DNA of 19,246 nucleotides from Fonticula alba ATCC 38817 (Eukaryota > Protista > Nucleariida). Location: NCBI GenBank assembly GCA_000388065.2, contig KB932204.1. One strand, given 5' to 3'. The notes beneath the pieces were generated by a model. That model saw nothing but the letters and a program-made list of their open reading frames with translations. It did no database searches and was not told where the DNA came from. The position numbers and the translations under genes are program-made. Shown piece by piece: positions 16,442 through 19,246 of this stretch; the first letter of the stretch is position 1; every line of letters starts with the position of its first letter.

Positions 16442-18405
16442 TCAGGTCGACCCAGGGGGGGCGGCGGTGGCCGTGGCGGGGGGGCTCGGCTCGGCTCTCC
16501 CGGCCGGGGCATCGCCAGTGGTGCGTATCGACGACCGGCTGCTGGCGGTCGAGTGGCCGAGGGACACCTGGCACAAGGCACGAGCGACCGTTGACAACGA
16601 TGCGCCCAGCGGGTCGCCTGCTGTGGGGGCCGCCTCCGGACTCCCGCTCTCCAGCGGGGTGGGAGCATCCTGGTCAGGGGACACAGCACTGGCAGCGGCC
16701 GCGGCTGCAGCTGCGACAGGGGCCGCCGCCGGGGCCGGGCCCGGGTGGAAGTTTTGGAAGTGAGCATCGGCCAAAGCCTCGATCCCGAGAGCCCGGGCCA
16801 GAGCCCGAGTGGCCTCATCGCAGGTCATGCCCAGCAGCACATCGCGCCCGTTGTCGAAGCAGAATCGCGGCGCCGAGGCGGCCATCCAATCGGTCAGGAG
16901 GTCGGTGCGAGCGCACTGGTCACACCGGTCGCACCGGCGATCGTCCGCTCGGCAGGCGCCATGCTCCACATGGAAATGCCGCCCGGCCAGGGTGGCGGCA
17001 TCGGCGTCGACGATCACCCGCGGCACGTGCCCCGGGATGCAGGATGCCAAAGAGGAAAAGGGGGCCACCTGCAGGCGGGAGCCCAGGATGATGACCAGGT
17101 CGGTTTGGGGGAGATCCGCCGTGGCACATTGCAAGAAGGTCAGAGGCAGTGCCTGGCCGAAGAGCACGATCGGCGGCTGGACAACCGATCCGCATCCGGG
17201 ACAATGGAGCAGGGCCCCCGTGAGAAGTTGCTCTGGGGGGGGGGGGGGGGGCGGGTCAGTTTAAGAGAGGGGCCATCGGCGTTGGGCGAGGAGGGAGGGG
17301 AGGGGATCCGGGCGACCGGCGTGTCGCACGCACTATGCATTTGCTCCGGGGGCACGACAAAATTGCAGGCCGTATTTTTGCACACGGTCGGCGAGTGGAG
17401 GCTGCCGTGCGCCTCGATGAGGTTGAAATCTGAAGAGGAGGAGGGGGAAGCGTCGGTGCCGGTGGCAGGCGCCGGCGTCAGGCCCACTTGGCGTTCGAGG
17501 CCATCGATGTTTTGGGTATAATTCCGAAGCAAGCGCCCTGAATCGGCCAGCGCGCGGATGAAGCAATGTGCGAAGGTGGGCTGATGGCGCGGGCGGGAGT
17601 CAACATGGGCGTTTCGGCCGAGCCGCCAGAGGGCCGAAGTAGCAGGCGGGGGGGGGGAGGGGGGGGGGACATGGGGCAGAACACCGAGACGCACCTTGAC
17701 ACTCTCGGACAGGATGGCCCCTGCCAAGGTGTAGAGAGCCTCGGGTGCCTTGCGGAAGAAGGAGGCATCAAAGACACGCTCAGGCTGGGAGACACCGCGG
17801 GCAGTCAACTGGGCGTAGAGGCCGGTCTGTGCGGACCGGAAGTCCGGCACGCCAGCCGCCGTGCTGAGTCCGGCTCCGGAGAGAACAAGGATGCGCCGGC
17901 CTTGTGGGTAGGGAGGGGGAGCGAGGGGGGGGGAGGGGGAGAGGCAGTCACGGACAGGGGTCAGGCATGGTCTGCCAAGCGGCCAGGGCGCCTCCTGTGG
18001 AAGGGGAAGAGGGGGCCAAGAGAGAGAGGGAGGGAGGGAGGGAGAGAGAGAGAGGAGGGCAAGGGGATCGGGCGCACAGTCGTTGTCCAGGATGAAACGC
18101 GCTACATCCTCCACTGAGCGGACATTGGGCGAGGGCTGCCGCGGTGACTGGCACCGGTCGGTCGTGGGCGAGGAGCTGGCAAGGCCCGCGCCGGCATTCA
18201 AGGGCCCGCCACAGCGAACACACCCGACGGAGGAGCCGCCATGGCCGGGCAGCGGGGCCGCCGGCTTGAGCTCGGCCATGGAAGCTGCGCGAAAGGGATC
18301 AACATCCGCGATGTCCACCGCAAAGTCAACGTCCGCCAGGTCCGGAGTCAGATGTGACCCGATCGACGAGGCAATCGCAGCCAGGCTGTTGTAGAACCAA
18401 TCCAT
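16442..18405 (-). CDS. NAD+-dependent deacetylase, Sir2 family class Ib (SIRT2/Hst2-like), ~523 aa, 4 coding exons visible
   Basis: Exons 18405-18078, 17900-17695, 17580-17334, 17232-16442 total 1572 nt. Motifs: CRRILVLSGAGLSTAAGVPDFRS..GLY, PTFAHCFI, LLRNYTQNIDGLE, IEAHGS (catalytic His), Zn ligands CKNTAC...CPGC, PPIVLFGQ.LP, QVAPFSSL. The start ATG is uncertain because an acceptor-like site and an N gap lie upstream. Confidence 0.92.
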
Positions 18406-18474
18406 GCTGGCGCGGTTGGCCACTCCCACGGGCCGGAGGCTGCTGGGAGGAGGAGCGAACAGCAGTAAGAGGGG

Positions 18475-18714
18475 NNNNNNNNNNNNNNNNNNNNNNNNNN
18501 NNNNNNNNNNNNNNNNNNNNNNNNNNNNNNNNNNNNNNNNNNNNNNNNNNNNNNNNNNNNNNNNNNNNNNNNNNNNNNNNNNNNNNNNNNNNNNNNNNNN
18601 NNNNNNNNNNNNNNNNNNNNNNNNNNNNNNNNNNNNNNNNNNNNNNNNNNNNNNNNNNNNNNNNNNNNNNNNNNNNNNNNNNNNNNNNNNNNNNNNNNNN
18701 NNNNNNNNNNNNNN
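18475..18714. other. Assembly gap (240 N)
   Basis: N run upstream of the sirtuin. Confidence 0.95.
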
Positions 18715-18742
18715 TCGCCTCCGACTCACGCGCCGGTTCTCC

Positions 18743-18787
<45 letters not shown>

Positions 18788-19052
18788 TGTCCGCCCCATT
18801 TGCCCGCCCCCCCCGCTGGCCCCCCCCCCCCCCCCTGTCCGCCCGCCCCCGGGGGGAGGAGGCGGGGATCGGCGGCACACGCTACTTCCCCATCCGGGCC
18901 GGGCGGGCCCTGGCGCCTGTTCCACCCCGGCCGGGGCGGAGCAGATGGTGCGACAAACAGCCCGGAGAAGGGCCTCTGCTAACACCGCCACCACCAAATA
19001 AAGCCGCGGCCGGGCGATATTCATATGGGCAAAAAAACAAGCAGGACAGAAA

Positions 19053-19058
19053 TATAAA
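19053..19058 (+). promoter_or_regulatory. TATA-like element in a locally AT-rich patch, possibly a promoter between the sirtuin and the next gene
   Basis: TATAAA within a relatively A-rich stretch (~18995-19080) in otherwise very GC-rich DNA. It is followed by ATGATG at 19116 and a donor-like CAG|GTACGC at ~19217. Confidence 0.25.
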
Positions 19059-19246
19059 GCCCGCCGCTCAAAACGAGACCAGGCGTGCGAGACCACCCTC
19101 CGGCGCTCCCCTGGCATGATGGTCCGCGTTGCCCTCCCCGGGCGGGCTGGCGTTTGCCGCCAGCCCGCCCGGGGGAGTGTCCTGTGTATTGTCCGAGTGC
19201 GTGCGGGGCCCGCCAGGTACGCCTATGTGTGTGTGTCCGTGTGTGT

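Noticed and set aside
3823-18405. Possible functional cluster (Pol I subunit, Sir2-family deacetylase, THO subunit, acetyltransferase)
   Set aside because: Unrelated housekeeping neighbours are expected in a compact eukaryotic genome and there is no evidence of co-regulation. The sirtuin is SIRT2-like rather than the rDNA-silencing Sir2 type.
18403-18405. The sirtuin starts Met-Asp, a NatB (NAA20) substrate motif, in the same window as NAA20
   Set aside because: MD starts are common and the true start codon is uncertain, so this is coincidence.

Overview
GC-rich, intron-containing eukaryotic genomic DNA. It is reminiscent of a unicellular opisthokont such as Fonticula alba, but that is inference from gene style, not a database match. 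Splicing the ORF track by hand at GT..AG junctions gives six protein-coding genes and one tRNA, tightly packed in alternating orientation: VPS16 (+, 5' end outside the window), RPA12/POLR1H (-), NAA20/NAT3 (+), a ~1454-aa single-pass receptor kinase with ~19-20 furin-like Cys-rich repeats (-), tRNA-Lys(CUU) (-), THOC1/HPR1 (+) and a class Ib sirtuin (-). There are two assembly gaps (7841-7869, 18475-18714). The most interesting elements are: the furin-repeat receptor kinase with non-canonical motifs (HRDIRPAN, DFA); a 5' splice-site consensus in which none of 25 inferred donors has the usual +4 A (mostly GTGCGY); a tRNA acceptor stem with three consecutive G-U pairs; a sirtuin with altered NAD-pocket residues and an extra Cys cluster; and several stop-free in-frame introns, one carrying (CUG)13. 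I found no mobile element, CRISPR array or prokaryote-type system.
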